Source: Oopsacas minuta
Taxonomy: Eukaryota; Animalia; Porifera
Direction of reading: 5' to 3'
Length of the DNA stretch: 64,000 nt
Assembly: GCA_024704765.1 (NCBI GenBank)
Contig: JAKMXF010000110.1
Coordinates: 186,001 to 250,000, forward strand
Shown one piece after another: positions 45,090 to 56,851 of this stretch. A program made the position numbers and the translations under genes. Every line of letters begins with the position of its first letter. The first letter of the stretch is position 1. Below the pieces are notes generated by a model. It was not told the DNA's origin. It made no database searches and saw nothing but the letters and a program-made list of their open reading frames with translations.

Positions 45090-45899
45090 ATAGTAGTAGA
45101 ACATTTCTTGTAGATTATACTCTCTCTCATCTATGTTGTGTATTCGGATAAACTATTTAATCTTTATAATTCATTCTAGTATTCTATGCTCTAGTGGGAT
45201 TAGTTACAAATAATTCCAGAAAAATGTAGCCAAACAAATCACAATACAATGTCACATTAATGGAAGGGTTTTGTTATAATACATCTAAGGAACTGCGAAG
45301 CCGATTCATAAATCAGGAGAATCCTCAGAGATTAAATCAGTCGGAGTTCATCGGGACTGGTCGACCAGTAGTTTGAAATTGACCAACAGTTCGAAGTACT
45401 TACCAATTATCCCGATTTTGAGGATAAGCTAACAGATTCCATCCCTGGGAATCTAATTAAAAATTACTATGTAATTACACTATTAAAATAGTTTCAAGAG
45501 TATTTGAATGTTAATTAAACGACCATCTAACAATACCTTAAATGTCGTGATGATCAGCCAGGAAAGACACTTCTAACAGCCTTGATATCTATAAAATATT
45601 AATCCCTATTTTCATAGGCATACTCGGATTCATTAGCTACAAATTCTTATAAAGACTTCCGATTACCCGAGATTATCCATCACAAAATTATTTGGAACTG
45701 AAAGAGAGAGTTAAAGTTCACTCGAGCAAAATTGTAAAAAAATCGTATAAAAGATTTCTAAAGAATGAAAGGAAATTTTCGAAATTGTTCACGCAAATTA
45801 ATCATGCATAAAAATCTATGCTTCAAGGTATGATTTCGAATAGGGTACCCGATTTATATAAAAAAGAGAATCAAGAGATGTTCAAATTATCGAAAAAAT

Positions 45900-46603
45900 A
45901 TGCCGAGAGAGAACGAGTGGGATAGCAAAGTATTTCAATGTTGCAAAGGAGGAGCAACGAATTGTGAGTTTACCGAATTAATAATTCATTCAGATCTGCC
46001 AATCTCTAGATTAAGAAAGTACAGTGAAACCTCCATAAACGGGACCTGTGGAAACGGAGCGTCTGGAAATGAAGTGGAAAATAAACACTAAATAGTGTGA
46101 ATTCATAGTCACATAAAAATGAACCTCTACAGAAGGGGAAAATAGGGTAGCAATCGGAGTTACCGGCACCCCGTTAATGGAGGTTACACTATATTAATAG
46201 AAGATAATTCTGGACTGCCATTTTTATTGAGGGCGATTTGGACATTTACTTGTGCTATTAATTAATAGTATACCAGCTGACGTGAAAATCTGCTGGTAAC
46301 TAGACCCTGATATAAATCAATTTTAATTCCTATTTCGTAGGTATTCTCGGATTCTTTTGCTACCAAATATTAATCGGTCTCAATGCTCACAGATTGAAAG
46401 AGAGTTTCCTACTATGCTTCTGCCCATATCAAGGTCAACTCCTAATTAGGAGTAAACTCAGAGCTGAAAAAAATATAGACGGATCTCTCATACAAGATTG
46501 CTTACTGGTTCATTTCTGTGCTCCGTGTACTGCAGTGCAAGAAGCAAATGAGATTGAAAGAGTTTATAATAGAGAGCCAAAGAAAGAACAACCCTCTAAT
46601 TAG
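45900..46603 (+). CDS. PLAC8/cornifelin-family protein, copy 2 (divergent, 2 exons)
   Basis: MPRENEWDSKVFQCCKGGATN|C-ILGFFCYQ...RSKLRAEKNIDGSLIQDC..FCAPCTAVQEANE; phase-1 intron. Confidence 0.85.
46022..46191. mobile_element. pogo-like MITE in intron of PLAC8 copy 2
   Basis: TA|cagtgaaacctccataaacggg ... cccgttaatggaggttacacta|TA. Confidence 0.75.
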
Positions 46604-46746
46604 GATGGTAGTGAATAAATTAGGCTATATACACTCAGGTACCTTTGGTAGTAGGAATTATAATGAATTTGACTATTAGTTTGCTCTGTTTATGTAATGT
46701 CAGGAATCAGGAGTGTTACCAATCAGTTCATACACTTGATCTGTTC

Positions 46747-46773
46747 ATTATTATTATTATTATTATTATTATT
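46747..46773. repeat. (ATT)n microsatellite, about 9 units
   Basis: attattattattattattattattatt. Confidence 0.9.
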
Positions 46774-47975
46774 AAACAGAAATCTTGCGAACATATGTAG
46801 GAGGGGTACCATTTCTGTTTCCTCTTTCTCAGGGGTTGGGGAAGCCGGTACGGCAGGAAATAATTAAATCAGTTCACTTACTACGTATTGATCTACACTC
46901 GGTATGGTACTCTCATGGGCTTTGACCACACTTCGTATAAAATTATGTATCATGCATGACTACACTCAGGTCGACTTTTTGGGCAGTGGCGGAACTACGC
47001 CCGGACCTATGCCCGGTAAATGAAAATTGTTCCCGATTAGCGAGTAGCTGAGAACTGATATTGTTGTAAGTCTTTTAATAGTAAATAATTCGTGATTCGA
47101 TATAGTTTGCGAACAAACAATGTACAATCAGGGATAATTACATATATCGTGATGGGTCATGTCTTAATTAATGCTCAGTTGCTTATTAGGTCAATGGCCC
47201 ATTACCTACTCAGCAGCACTGATACCATCGCTCCCCCTTAGATATTACTGGAGTGCACAGCGACCCTTCCCTCCAGAATCAGAGCCCTTGCTCAGGAAAC
47301 AGCTGGACAGTATAAACCGTTTTTCTCACTATTTCTTTGTACGAAAAAAGGTAAGAAAAACCGGTTTCTACTATACTACTATCATATGCGTAGAATTAGC
47401 CAAATATCGAGGGGCTCCTCACTGCTCATGTTGGCGAGGGCGCCCTCCCACCACTTTTCGATGTAGATCCAGTTCCCCGAACGCAGAACATGGAGTATAT
47501 TTGAATAACATTGAGAGTGTGATTATACTATACCACTCTCAATGTTATTCAAATATAATCCATGTTATCTTTCTTTTACACAAGTAAAACTCTAATCTAA
47601 GGCATGGTTCCTCAAAATCATATGGGCAAGACGGTTAGTAAAGTTTGGTCAAAATGGCAATAGAAATTCAGATGACCAAAATGACGCAAACATCTTCGTG
47701 GCCGAGTTTATTAGAAACTCAGATCTAGAGAGACGTGTGGTAAAGTGAATTTAGGGTAAAACTACTTGTATTTCAATTAATTGAGCTTCAGTCTCTGAGC
47801 ATATCCCCATCAATTTGTTCTAGATCCCCCCAGTTATTACTTTGCTCAGTGGAGTGGAAAGACACTATTTATGTTGAAAAGAATAATGATAGGAATAGAC
47901 ACAAGAAATAATAGACTACACGAAATTAATGATAAATAATTTCAGACTGTTTGTAAGCTAAAATAAGATATTCGT

Positions 47976-48355
47976 CTACTTGGGTTGGCCGGAGTAGACC
48001 TTGTCGATCTCGTTTGCCTCCTGAATAGCTGCACAGGGTGTGCAGAAATAAATAATGAGACAATCCTTGAGTAAGCTACCCTCAATGCCTTGATCTCCTC
48101 TGATTTTACTTCTGATCAACAAATGGCCAAAAACAGCGCAGCAACAGAGTAGGAAGCTCTCAGACATCTTATGTGCATTCAATCCAATCAGGATCTCATA
48201 GAGACAGAATCCGAGAAGACCTATAATAAGGATATATTCATAGAACGAATTTATTAAGGCAGATTATCTATGATTAATCGCTAACAGAATGACTTACATG
48301 TCAGTGCACCGTTAGCACAACAGTCACAAAGTCCACTACTCCATTCACGAGGCAT
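47976..48355 (-). CDS. PLAC8/cornifelin-family protein, copy 3 (2 exons)
   Basis: MPREWSSGLCDCCANGALT|C-LLGFCLYEILIGLNAHKMSESFLLCCC...QEANEIDKVYSGQPK. Confidence 0.88.
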
Positions 48356-48722
48356 AATGATAAGGTAGAATTAGAAAATGCTGATATTATAAATAAAGAG
48401 AAGAAATTTAATAATCAACAAATCAACCTAATATATAGTAGATAATGAGCCTATTATTCTATTTCAAGTATACCTTACAAGAAGATAGATAAACACAACG
48501 AGGTATATGACAATGTTGTAGTACTCAATATGATATCGTATATGTTAAAATATTTCTTCCTTTTTCAAAACCGAGTAAGTATGAATATGATGAGTGCCAA
48601 AAACTTCCAGAGATATGTGGCGAAAAAATTCTTAAGTATTTTTAGGATATTAGACTTATAAGTACGGGGCTATCATAAATATAGAAAATAAGAGATTAGT
48701 GTTCTAAGTAAATGGAAGCAAG

Positions 48723-49088
48723 TTATTTCGGCTCATTTCCGTAGATCTTGGCGATTTCGTTAGACTCTTGTATACTAGCACAAGAGTGGCAGTATGAAAC
48801 CAGCAAGCAATCTTTCAACAAACTTCCCTCTATTCCTTGTTCAGATCGTATCTTGCTTCGAATCAGTAGATGGCCTGCGACCGGACAGCAGCACATTAGG
48901 AAGCTTTCATTCATCGTGTGGGCATTCAGTCCAATATGTAACGGGTAGCACCAAAATGCCAGAATACCTGAGAGAGAGAGAGAGTTATAAATATATCCCA
49001 GAAACTTTACAAACAATATTATCAGCTTACATGTAAGGCATCCAGCTGCACAACAGTCACAAAGTCCACTGCTCCATTGACGAGGCAT
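48723..49088 (-). CDS. PLAC8/cornifelin-family protein, copy 4 (63-nt stop-free intron)
   Basis: MPRQWSSGLCDCCAAGCLT|C-ILAFWCYP...; the ORF reads through the intron in frame. Confidence 0.88.
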   Translation of the reverse strand: MPRQWSSGLCDCCAAGCLTCKLIILFVKFLGYIYNSLSLSGILAFWCYPLHIGLNAHTMNESFLMCCCPVAGHLLIRSKIRSEQGIEGSLLKDCLLVSYCHSCASIQESNEIAKIYGNEPK

Positions 49089-49668
49089 TTCGTATTAACA
49101 AAGGTACGAGTATAGGAAATTGAGTTATAGAAAATAAAAAATATTCAAAATTTCCAAGCTATTTAAACCCAAATATTATGCATACTGGAAAATAACGCTA
49201 TGGGTGGCCGCCAACCTTTTCTGGAACTGCTCTGATGAGAAATTATGTAAGTACTGGAATGTATTAGGAGCGAATCAAAATATGATAGGATTACTAAACA
49301 AAATAAAATGAGTAGTGGTGTTGGCATATTTGCAACTTGCATTTAGGTCCTCTAATGTTGGCTAATGAATATACGAAAGTTACTAATAGGGGATAGGAGA
49401 ACAAATAGTACAAAATGTGTACTCGGGACCTGAAAATAAGTAGCTAATAAACAAATATTATCGCTAATAAGCGAACAATACTGTATATGTGATGTCACAC
49501 GAGCCAAGTTATTGGTTTCGTAAATATTTTAGGATGGGACCTTTTCGGATATTGAAAAACTAAACTTTTCGACGAGGTAATTATAGAACTATCATAAATA
49601 TAGAAATAAGAATTTTGTGTTCAAAATAAAGAATATAAGAGATTTGGTTCTAAGTACATAAAAGTAAG

Positions 49669-50038
49669 TTATTTCGGTTGACTGCCGTATACCTTGGCGA
49701 TCTCGTTAGCTTCTTGAATAGTAGCACAAGGGTGGCAGAATGAAATCAATAAGCAATCTTTCAACAAACTTCCCTCTATTCCGTGTTCTGATCGTATCTT
49801 GCTTCGAATCTGTAGATGGCCTTCGACCGGGCAGCAACACATTAGGAAGGTTTCATTCATCTTGTGGGCATTCAGTCCAATAAGTAACGGGTAGCACCAA
49901 AATGCCAGGATACCTGTGAGAGAGAGAGAGAGAGTTATAAATATATCCCAGAAACTTTACAAATAATATTATCAGCTTACATGTAAGGCATCCAGCTGCA
50001 CAACAGTCACAAAATCCACTGCTCCATTCACGCGGCAT
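49669..50038 (-). CDS. PLAC8/cornifelin-family protein, copy 5 (2 exons)
   Basis: MPREWSSGFCDCCAAGCLT|C-ILAFWCYP...QEANEIAKVYGSQPK; closest to copy 1 on the opposite strand. Confidence 0.88.
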
Positions 50039-50703
50039 TTCGTATCAAGGTAATATGAGTAAAAGGAAATTGAGTAATCGAAATTAGAGATTAAAACAAT
50101 TACAAGTTTCAAGCTATTTACATACAAAATGTTGTGCATATCTATGATTTACGATGTGGGTGGTTATAGACCAATCCTTTTATGGATACTACTCTGACTA
50201 GAAATCTGTTCATACAATGTGTTTAAGTGCTGGAAAGTGTTTAAAAGTGAATATAAACAATATGATAGAATTCACAGCAAACATCATGGACATTTTGATT
50301 AGACGAAAGTACGAAATAAAATTGAAGAGAGGGTATTTACACTGGTGATGACTATAGAGATTATTTATTTGATACCATACATACGGTTATCTATCTAGCA
50401 GATTCTAGGTCGATAAAACCCTCTAATTAATACAACAAAGTATTACAATAACGACAGCTTTGTTGTCCATTGACAGAAACTAGAAATAACAAATTCTTCT
50501 AGGGGATGTTGCTACTCTTGTAAAGTTTTGAATTTCCCTAGCAGCCTAGCACATAAATTATAGATGAAGTCACCGAAGTTGGTTCAATTGATAAATACCA
50601 ATACTATTAGCAGTACATAGGTTGGTCCGGTTGGAACCTGACCAACCTGAAGGTAATTGTATAGATACGTATAAAGTAATAAAAGCTCATGTAATGTATT
50701 ATA

Positions 50704-52002
50704 CAGGGCGTATCATAAATGTTTTCGGGTAGTAGCAATATTCATATAGTAACGGATTGTAGCGTAAGGTATTGTGTTAATGCTATCTTAAACAATACTT
50801 AGCTACCTTAGGCTGATCGTATTTCTTAGAAAATTTTTTCACACTGACGCTCCTTAATATATTCGGAAAATGAATGTCAGAGATCATGGTTTGGAAATCC
50901 GTAATCAAGCTATTGGCATGCTAAGTGCTCGCATGACCCAGAAAGACGTAGCTATAAAGCTCCAAGTTCGTTTGAGATCAATCGAACGGTGGTGGCGCAA
51001 GCAGAAGTTCGAAAAATTTCAAAAAAACTGTAGCCCATCCTGGGAGGAATTCCAGTGTCCAAAAGGCTGCCAAAATTATAATTTCGAAATCTCTCAGCAA
51101 AAGATGCAAATCTACTAGGAAATTGGCTGAAATAGTGACCTCAAGGGGCTATCCTATATCCCATTCGACCGTTCATCGTTATCTTCGGGATAATATTGGC
51201 GCAAAATCTTACAAAAGGTCTAAAAGGCCGCGATTGACGGAGAAAGTGAAGGAAAAACGACTCAAATTTGCAGAATCTCGCAAAGAATGGACTGTCGAAG
51301 ATTGGAACAGGTATTGTGGTCTGACGAAGAACATTTTCAATTGTTCAATACGCCAAACCAACAGAACGACAGGGTATGGGCTAAAATTCAGACAATGTTG
51401 AACCTTGCGTTCAAGGAAAATAAGCAGGCAAAATTCATGTCTGGGGCATGAGTCCCATCGAGCTGTCTCTGAACTCCATATGGTGCCTCCAAAACAGACA
51501 ATAAATAGTTGCTACTATCGGAACTATATTTTGAATAAAACCTGTAACGATGCTATAGAACGCGACTCAGAAAATGGGACAATTTACAGCGATCAATGCT
51601 CTCAGATATGTCCAGTTTTATTTTTATGCAGGATGGTGTTCCAGCACACACTGCAAATTTGACTCAGTCCTTGTTTGAAAAGAATTTCCTAAAGTTTTGG
51701 ATGAAAGATGAGTGGCCAGGAAACTCGCCCGACCTCAATCCTATTGAGAATCTATGGTCTATTCTGAAAGATAGCGTCAGCCAAATGGAGAATGTGACGA
51801 AGCTGGACCATTTAATTTCTCAAGTAAGAAAGGCTTGGGAGGGCATTATTGATCCAAAAATTTTAGAAAATTTAGTAGCAATAGGATTAGATCAGTTATA
51901 GAATGCGATGGAGATTACATTAATATCTAATTAGCTTAAACGATCCACTTTTTTGTGTTTTGAGATATTTCTAGAACCCGACAACATTTATGATACACCC
52001 TG
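50704..52002 (+). mobile_element. Full-length but decayed Tc1/mariner (ITm) transposon, DD37E type, 1299 bp
   Basis: TA|cagggcgtatcataaatgttttcgggt ... acccgacaacatttatgatacaccctg|TA. Transposase fragments include HTH, WSDE, QDGVPAHTA and WPGNSPDLNPIEN, with 37 residues between the second D and E. Confidence 0.92.
50870..51920 (+). pseudogene. Frameshifted transposase
   Basis: Split over ORFs 50870-51118, 51123-51401, 51405-51662 and 51596-51901 in different frames. Confidence 0.88.
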
Positions 52003-52311
52003 TACTTGTTTATCATCCCAGACTCCATGTCCATCCCAATTTTAATTTCTCGCTCACACAGATATATGGCCCTTAGTTAAAACTCAAGGGCTGAAACTTT
52101 CAGGTTAGAATGACAATTACTGTGCAAGCTTTTGAAGTGAGTCTGCCACAATATATTATTCTCATAGAGATCTAGCAAAACTTTATACCAAAATTCTACA
52201 CCATTCGAAAAAGAAAAAATTTCAACACTTTTGACTCTTCAAAAATTATAAACTGCACTCTATGTCCATGAAAATAGTTGGTTTTTCCGGTCTGTAATCT
52301 TATGTGTGTAG

Positions 52312-52443
52312 CAGGCTCTCATCCTGGAAACCTTCAAAATCGTGAGATTCGTCAAAAATTTGCAATTTAGTATTAGTTTTCTGTGAAAAGACAAGGGATT
52401 CTGCAATATTTGAGGGCCCGAAATCGTGAGAGTTGAGAGCCTG
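52312..52443. mobile_element. 132-bp MITE with CAGGCTCTCA TIRs and a 6-bp flanking direct repeat
   Basis: gtgtag|caggctctca ... tgagagcctg|gtgtag. Confidence 0.7.
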
Positions 52444-53032
52444 GTGTAGGTATCTTTACACTCAAATATTTCCTCTTATTATGTCTTAGCAAATACATAC
52501 CTCTCTATGTTGATCACAAACCCAAATATCGTAAGATATGGCAAGAATAAAATATCTAGACTAATCAATTATTATAGCATAATATGTTATATCGAATTTC
52601 CTGCAAAACTTTAACCCCTGTGAAATATTATATTCGTGATAATTAGATTGTATTAGAACTGAAAGATATCTATACATGTATTAAATTTCTCGTGTAATTC
52701 ATCTTATATCTTATCTCTCCCAAGGGAGTGTATATCAGTTCATTAGATCCACCCTTTGAATTGCGTGGACATACTTAAAGTATTCAATTCTTAATTTGGT
52801 CTCAGTTTCTCAACATTTGAATTCGAATATTTTGGGGAACAAATGTTTTTGGGGTACACTACACATATGTTTGGTGGTTTACTCTTAATTAGGGTGAACC
52901 TACTGATAATTTCGTGGGACTAGCTCCCCAGGGCTACGCCCCATGATCATAGGGAAATTTTCTTTCTAAAATGACCTCTAAAGACGAGGCAATAATTAAA
53001 GTGGATAAATATTCATAATAACAACAATAATT

Positions 53033-54880
53033 TTAGATTATCAACATATACTGCATAACGGGAACTATCAGAAGGAATGTTTGTAATCTAAGTACACCAG
53101 TAGCTGCTGATACGAAGAATGGATAGAAGAAATCATCAGGGAGTATGTTAGTAGTACCGGGAGTTACTCGCTTCATAACTATCGGAGCTTGTGAAATGTC
53201 TATGAAATCTACTGTAGTAGTAAGCGAGATTTTATTGACGTTATCCTGAAAATCACATACATAATCAATGCAAGATATACTACTGAATAACGAGTAGTAT
53301 AGTGTATACTTCAAACTACGGATACTACGATCTGGTTTGTAGGATGTTCCATTAGAAGCGTACAGTATTTGTATATTCAAATTAGTGTATAGTTTACATC
53401 CTGATTCAGTCAGTGTGGGTATAGCTATTTCTTCAAAAATGGTATTTACCCATAACTCAGTGCTATCTAGATACAGTTTAGAATTGCCATACATTGCCAC
53501 ATGTGTGTGAGGGCCGTTTCCTAATAGAAGTGATCGGGTCTCTTGCTGTAGCTGAGTACATCTATTGGATAAATCAGCTATATTTACACTGTATACACAT
53601 CCAGAATTAGAGTTATCTCTAAACCCAACAATTGTCTGTTTAGAAACGTTACAATTTACGTTAGACTGCAGTATAGTCAATGATTGAGGTAATAAACTAG
53701 TAATAATATCTGTAGTAGATAGCAAGTTAGCGACTATTACAGGGCGTGTGTCTAAATAACCTGGGTTCCCTGATAAAGATTCTTGAGTCTCTGCATCAGT
53801 TACTGACGAGAATATAATACTATAAGATTGTTCTAATGGAAGAGATAATACACGTAATCGTGTTAGATATACTGTAGCTGTAATAGATGAAATTCCATCT
53901 GTACCATTGGTTGCTATGATAAAAGCTATGCTTGATAGAGCTGGGTAGCAAGAATTATCTGACCTGTTGTACACTGGATACATGGATAATGGACAAATAA
54001 TAGTGTTTCCATTAGAGTCTATACAATTTAGCTGTATTGAATGAGTCAGTGCAGTATAATTAGTTATGACGTCATTATAGCAGCTGGGCAGTTTGAATAT
54101 ACGTAACTTAGTGTATTGAGTAGCATCAAATACGGATCCCCTCTGACAAGCAGATTCAATTGAGCCAAACTGTTGAGAACAACCTGAAGAGAAGCTGGTA
54201 TAGAATGCTACTGGTGAGTAAGCATTGCAGGTTTTTGAGTTGACACCCTGTGGTAGAGAGAATAAGGAAGGGAACATGGCTGTATTATCAGTGATTAGTG
54301 CACAAATAGGATCACCAAGTCTGTAGAATACAGGTTCATTCAATGGCATATATAACTCTGGATATGTGAAATCAGAACCATAAGAATCAATAGCAATTTG
54401 AAAGGTATCTAAATCAGATACAATCAGAGGCTGTGTGTAGTGAATAGCAGAAGGATTGTTGTTGATTTGTACACATAGAATACCATCTATGAATGTACCA
54501 ATTGTATTGAAGATGTACACATCATCTGTCCTTACACAAGACTGTGATAATGTACTACTATCACTGATACTACATGTAAACACATTAGTTATTATATCTT
54601 CACTACAATCTATGTCACAACAGCAGTTAGCATCACACACTAATAGTGTGACGTCACAGATACAGCTGTACTGCCTTACTTGTGGATTAGGTGTATTTAC
54701 CATTATAGGTACAGCAGTTGATGTATGTTGTATACTGCTGGGTAGTATAGAACTAGATGGATATGGTGTACTGGTTGTATGGGAGAGTATAGATGTGGTT
54801 ATAGATTCTTCTGTTGTTAGGGAAGTTAGGGAATAGCACAACAGAATTATGATGATGATATCACTCAAGTAATGGAACAT
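53033..54880 (-). CDS. TCTN: Tectonic family ciliary transition-zone protein, intronless
   Basis: Signal peptide, S/T-rich stalk, CICDVTLLVCDANCCCDIDCS, LSGNPGY, LPDDFFYPF and a hydrophobic GPI-type tail. Confidence 0.93.
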   Translation of the reverse strand: MFHYLSDIIIIILLCYSLTSLTTEESITTSILSHTTSTPYPSSSILPSSIQHTSTAVPIMVNTPNPQVRQYSCICDVTLLVCDANCCCDIDCSEDIITNVFTCSISDSSTLSQSCVRTDDVYIFNTIGTFIDGILCVQINNNPSAIHYTQPLIVSDLDTFQIAIDSYGSDFTYPELYMPLNEPVFYRLGDPICALITDNTAMFPSLFSLPQGVNSKTCNAYSPVAFYTSFSSGCSQQFGSIESACQRGSVFDATQYTKLRIFKLPSCYNDVITNYTALTHSIQLNCIDSNGNTIICPLSMYPVYNRSDNSCYPALSSIAFIIATNGTDGISSITATVYLTRLRVLSLPLEQSYSIIFSSVTDAETQESLSGNPGYLDTRPVIVANLLSTTDIITSLLPQSLTILQSNVNCNVSKQTIVGFRDNSNSGCVYSVNIADLSNRCTQLQQETRSLLLGNGPHTHVAMYGNSKLYLDSTELWVNTIFEEIAIPTLTESGCKLYTNLNIQILYASNGTSYKPDRSIRSLKYTLYYSLFSSISCIDYVCDFQDNVNKISLTTTVDFIDISQAPIVMKRVTPGTTNILPDDFFYPFFVSAATGVLRLQTFLLIVPVMQYMLII

Positions 54881-55163
54881 TGTCTAGTTATGTTAGTAAA
54901 GAAGAGAGTTATAATGCAAGTATATCCTAGGTCCAAATGTTGTTCATTTCTTCGCAAAAAAACAACAACTTAGAAAAGTTAGTTGTGTCGTTATACTGCT
55001 GGAAAAATGTAACTGATGTTTGAGTTTCTTAACAAACGAGATTGTATTTACACCAACATAACCGCTTTCATGATAAAAACATTTTTCTGGGTTACCGATA
55101 TTTAGTTACATTAATTGTTCTCCATCAGTCCATGTTTGTTCTGGACTTGACGGCCCCCTAGAG

Positions 55164-55251
55164 CAGCGGTTCCCAAACTGGGGTCCATTGACCCCTTGTT
55201 GTTTTAAGGACGAAAACTGGGGGTGCCGGTGAAAGAGATTGGGAACCGCTG
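55164..55251. mobile_element. hAT-like MITE family B copy with perfect 13-bp TIRs
   Basis: cagcggttcccaa ... ttgggaaccgctg; no clean 8-bp TSD. Confidence 0.75.
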
Positions 55252-55796
55252 TAGAAGGATGTTTGAGGTTTTGGTAGTTTAGAGATAAAGATTTGTGAAA
55301 TAAAACGGACTTCACCAGTTTACGTTTACAAATTAATTAAGATTAGTCGCAAAATCGATTTTCCACTAATTATTAGATCAAGATATATATGGCTGTATCA
55401 CGGATATTGTTATTCTTAGAAGACTTAAAGAATCCCAATTAAACAGTTTGACACTGCTATGACACACGAGACAGAAAAGGTGTTCGATTACAGTCATATT
55501 TATCGTATATAATGCAAGAATGTTGTAAATATAATTTACAAATATTTCTTTCTGTGAATTATTCAGATAAATTCATACAAGTTCGTCAGGTGGCTTCCTC
55601 TTATAATCAACAATGGTCACTTGAACTTAATTAACAAGATGGCAGGAGGAATAATAGGCAGAATACAAATGGATTTGGAACTATAAGAAATAGTACGTTC
55701 TGAATTATTGTTTCTGTGTAGCTATAATAAGTACAATGTTTTCCATTCCGGAAGTAGGCATGGTTCGTCCAAAGATATTCTATCCTGACAACACGG

Positions 55797-55871
55797 ATTT
55801 GGTTCCCAATCTTTTCACCCATGAATCCCTATACCAATTTAAGTTTTAACGCATTCGGTGGACCGCTGCTG
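55797..55871. mobile_element. hAT-like MITE family B fragment
   Basis: ggttcccaatcttttcacccatgaatccctataccaattt...gtggaccgctgctg matches the 28926 and 58434 copies. Confidence 0.55.
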
Positions 55872-56147
55872 TCGCCTTACGTGAATTTCTGAATGAAGTT
55901 CTATGTAATATTAACAATAAGATACAAGAGAAAGTTAACGAAAATGGTGATGGTAGCAGGGCTACCTCACTAACCCTGACATCGTAGTTGTGGTATTTGA
56001 AATATGTGTTAGATTTGATAATCATTGTTTACAGTAACAAGTTGCAGAATATAGACTGTAAACAACTAAAATTAGGCAATGTTTACATAAAACACAAACA
56101 AAATGATTATAAAACAAAAATTCAACACCAAATAAGCAATCAAAATA

Positions 56148-56295
56148 CAGTCAATTTCTGTTATATCAAAATCCCGAATCATATCGAAGTCTGAAATTGT
56201 ACAAATGTGGTCCCATTCCGTCAAAGTATATTCCATCGGTTATACCGAAATATTTATCGTGGTCCCTTGAGCTTCGATATAACGTGAGTTGACCG
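56148..56295. mobile_element. MITE family A copy directly upstream of the myosin light chain ATG
   Basis: TA|cagtcaatttctgttatatc ... gatataacgtgagttgaccg|TA; ends about 40 bp before the ATG at 56336. Confidence 0.82.
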
Positions 56296-56335
56296 TAGTT
56301 ACATTATCTATTTTAGCAACCAAGCAGTCATTACC

Positions 56336-56851
56336 ATGAGCAAAGCAAGAGCAAAGAGCAAAGATAAGCCGAGGAAGAGAATCCATCGAGCAACCTCAAA
56401 TATATTCGCCATGTTCGACCAGACACAGATCCAAGAGTTCAAAGAAGCTTTCAACGTAATTGATCAGAATAGAGATGGGTTCATTGATGCTGAAGATCTG
56501 AGAGAGATGCTAGCTAGTCTAGGGAAAGAGGCAAGTGATAAATATATTGAGGACATGTTATCCGAAGCTCATGGACCGCTGAACTTCACCATGTTCCTAA
56601 CACTATTTGGAGAGAAGCTGAACGGCACAGACCCTGAAGATGTCATACGTAATGCATTCGGATGTTTTGATGAAGATGCGATTGGTAAGATACACGAAGA
56701 GAGATTGAGAGAGCTGATGACAACAATGGGAGACAGGTTCACGGATGAAGAGGTAGATGAAATGTATAGAGGTGCACCCATTGACAGTAATGGTATGTTT
56801 GACTATAATGCATTCACCCACATGCTAAAGCATGGTACTAAGGATGAATGA
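56336..56851 (+). CDS. MYL12: Non-muscle myosin II regulatory light chain (MYL9/MYL12-like), intronless CDS
   Basis: [37 protein letters not shown]..., [29 protein letters not shown]. Confidence 0.95.
   Translation: MSKARAKSKDKPRKRIHRATSNIFAMFDQTQIQEFKEAFNVIDQNRDGFIDAEDLREMLASLGKEASDKYIEDMLSEAHGPLNFTMFLTLFGEKLNGTDPEDVIRNAFGCFDEDAIGKIHEERLRELMTTMGDRFTDEEVDEMYRGAPIDSNGMFDYNAFTHMLKHGTKDE

Noticed and set aside
47171-47587. 138-aa ORF with non-ATG start in the centre of the PLAC8 array
   Set aside because: No family motif; GC-richer relic-like sequence of unknown origin.
55400-55990. Scattered splice-like signals suggesting a tiny minus-strand gene between Tectonic and MRLC
   Set aside because: Trial joins gave only very short peptides with early stops; part of the region is MITE-derived.
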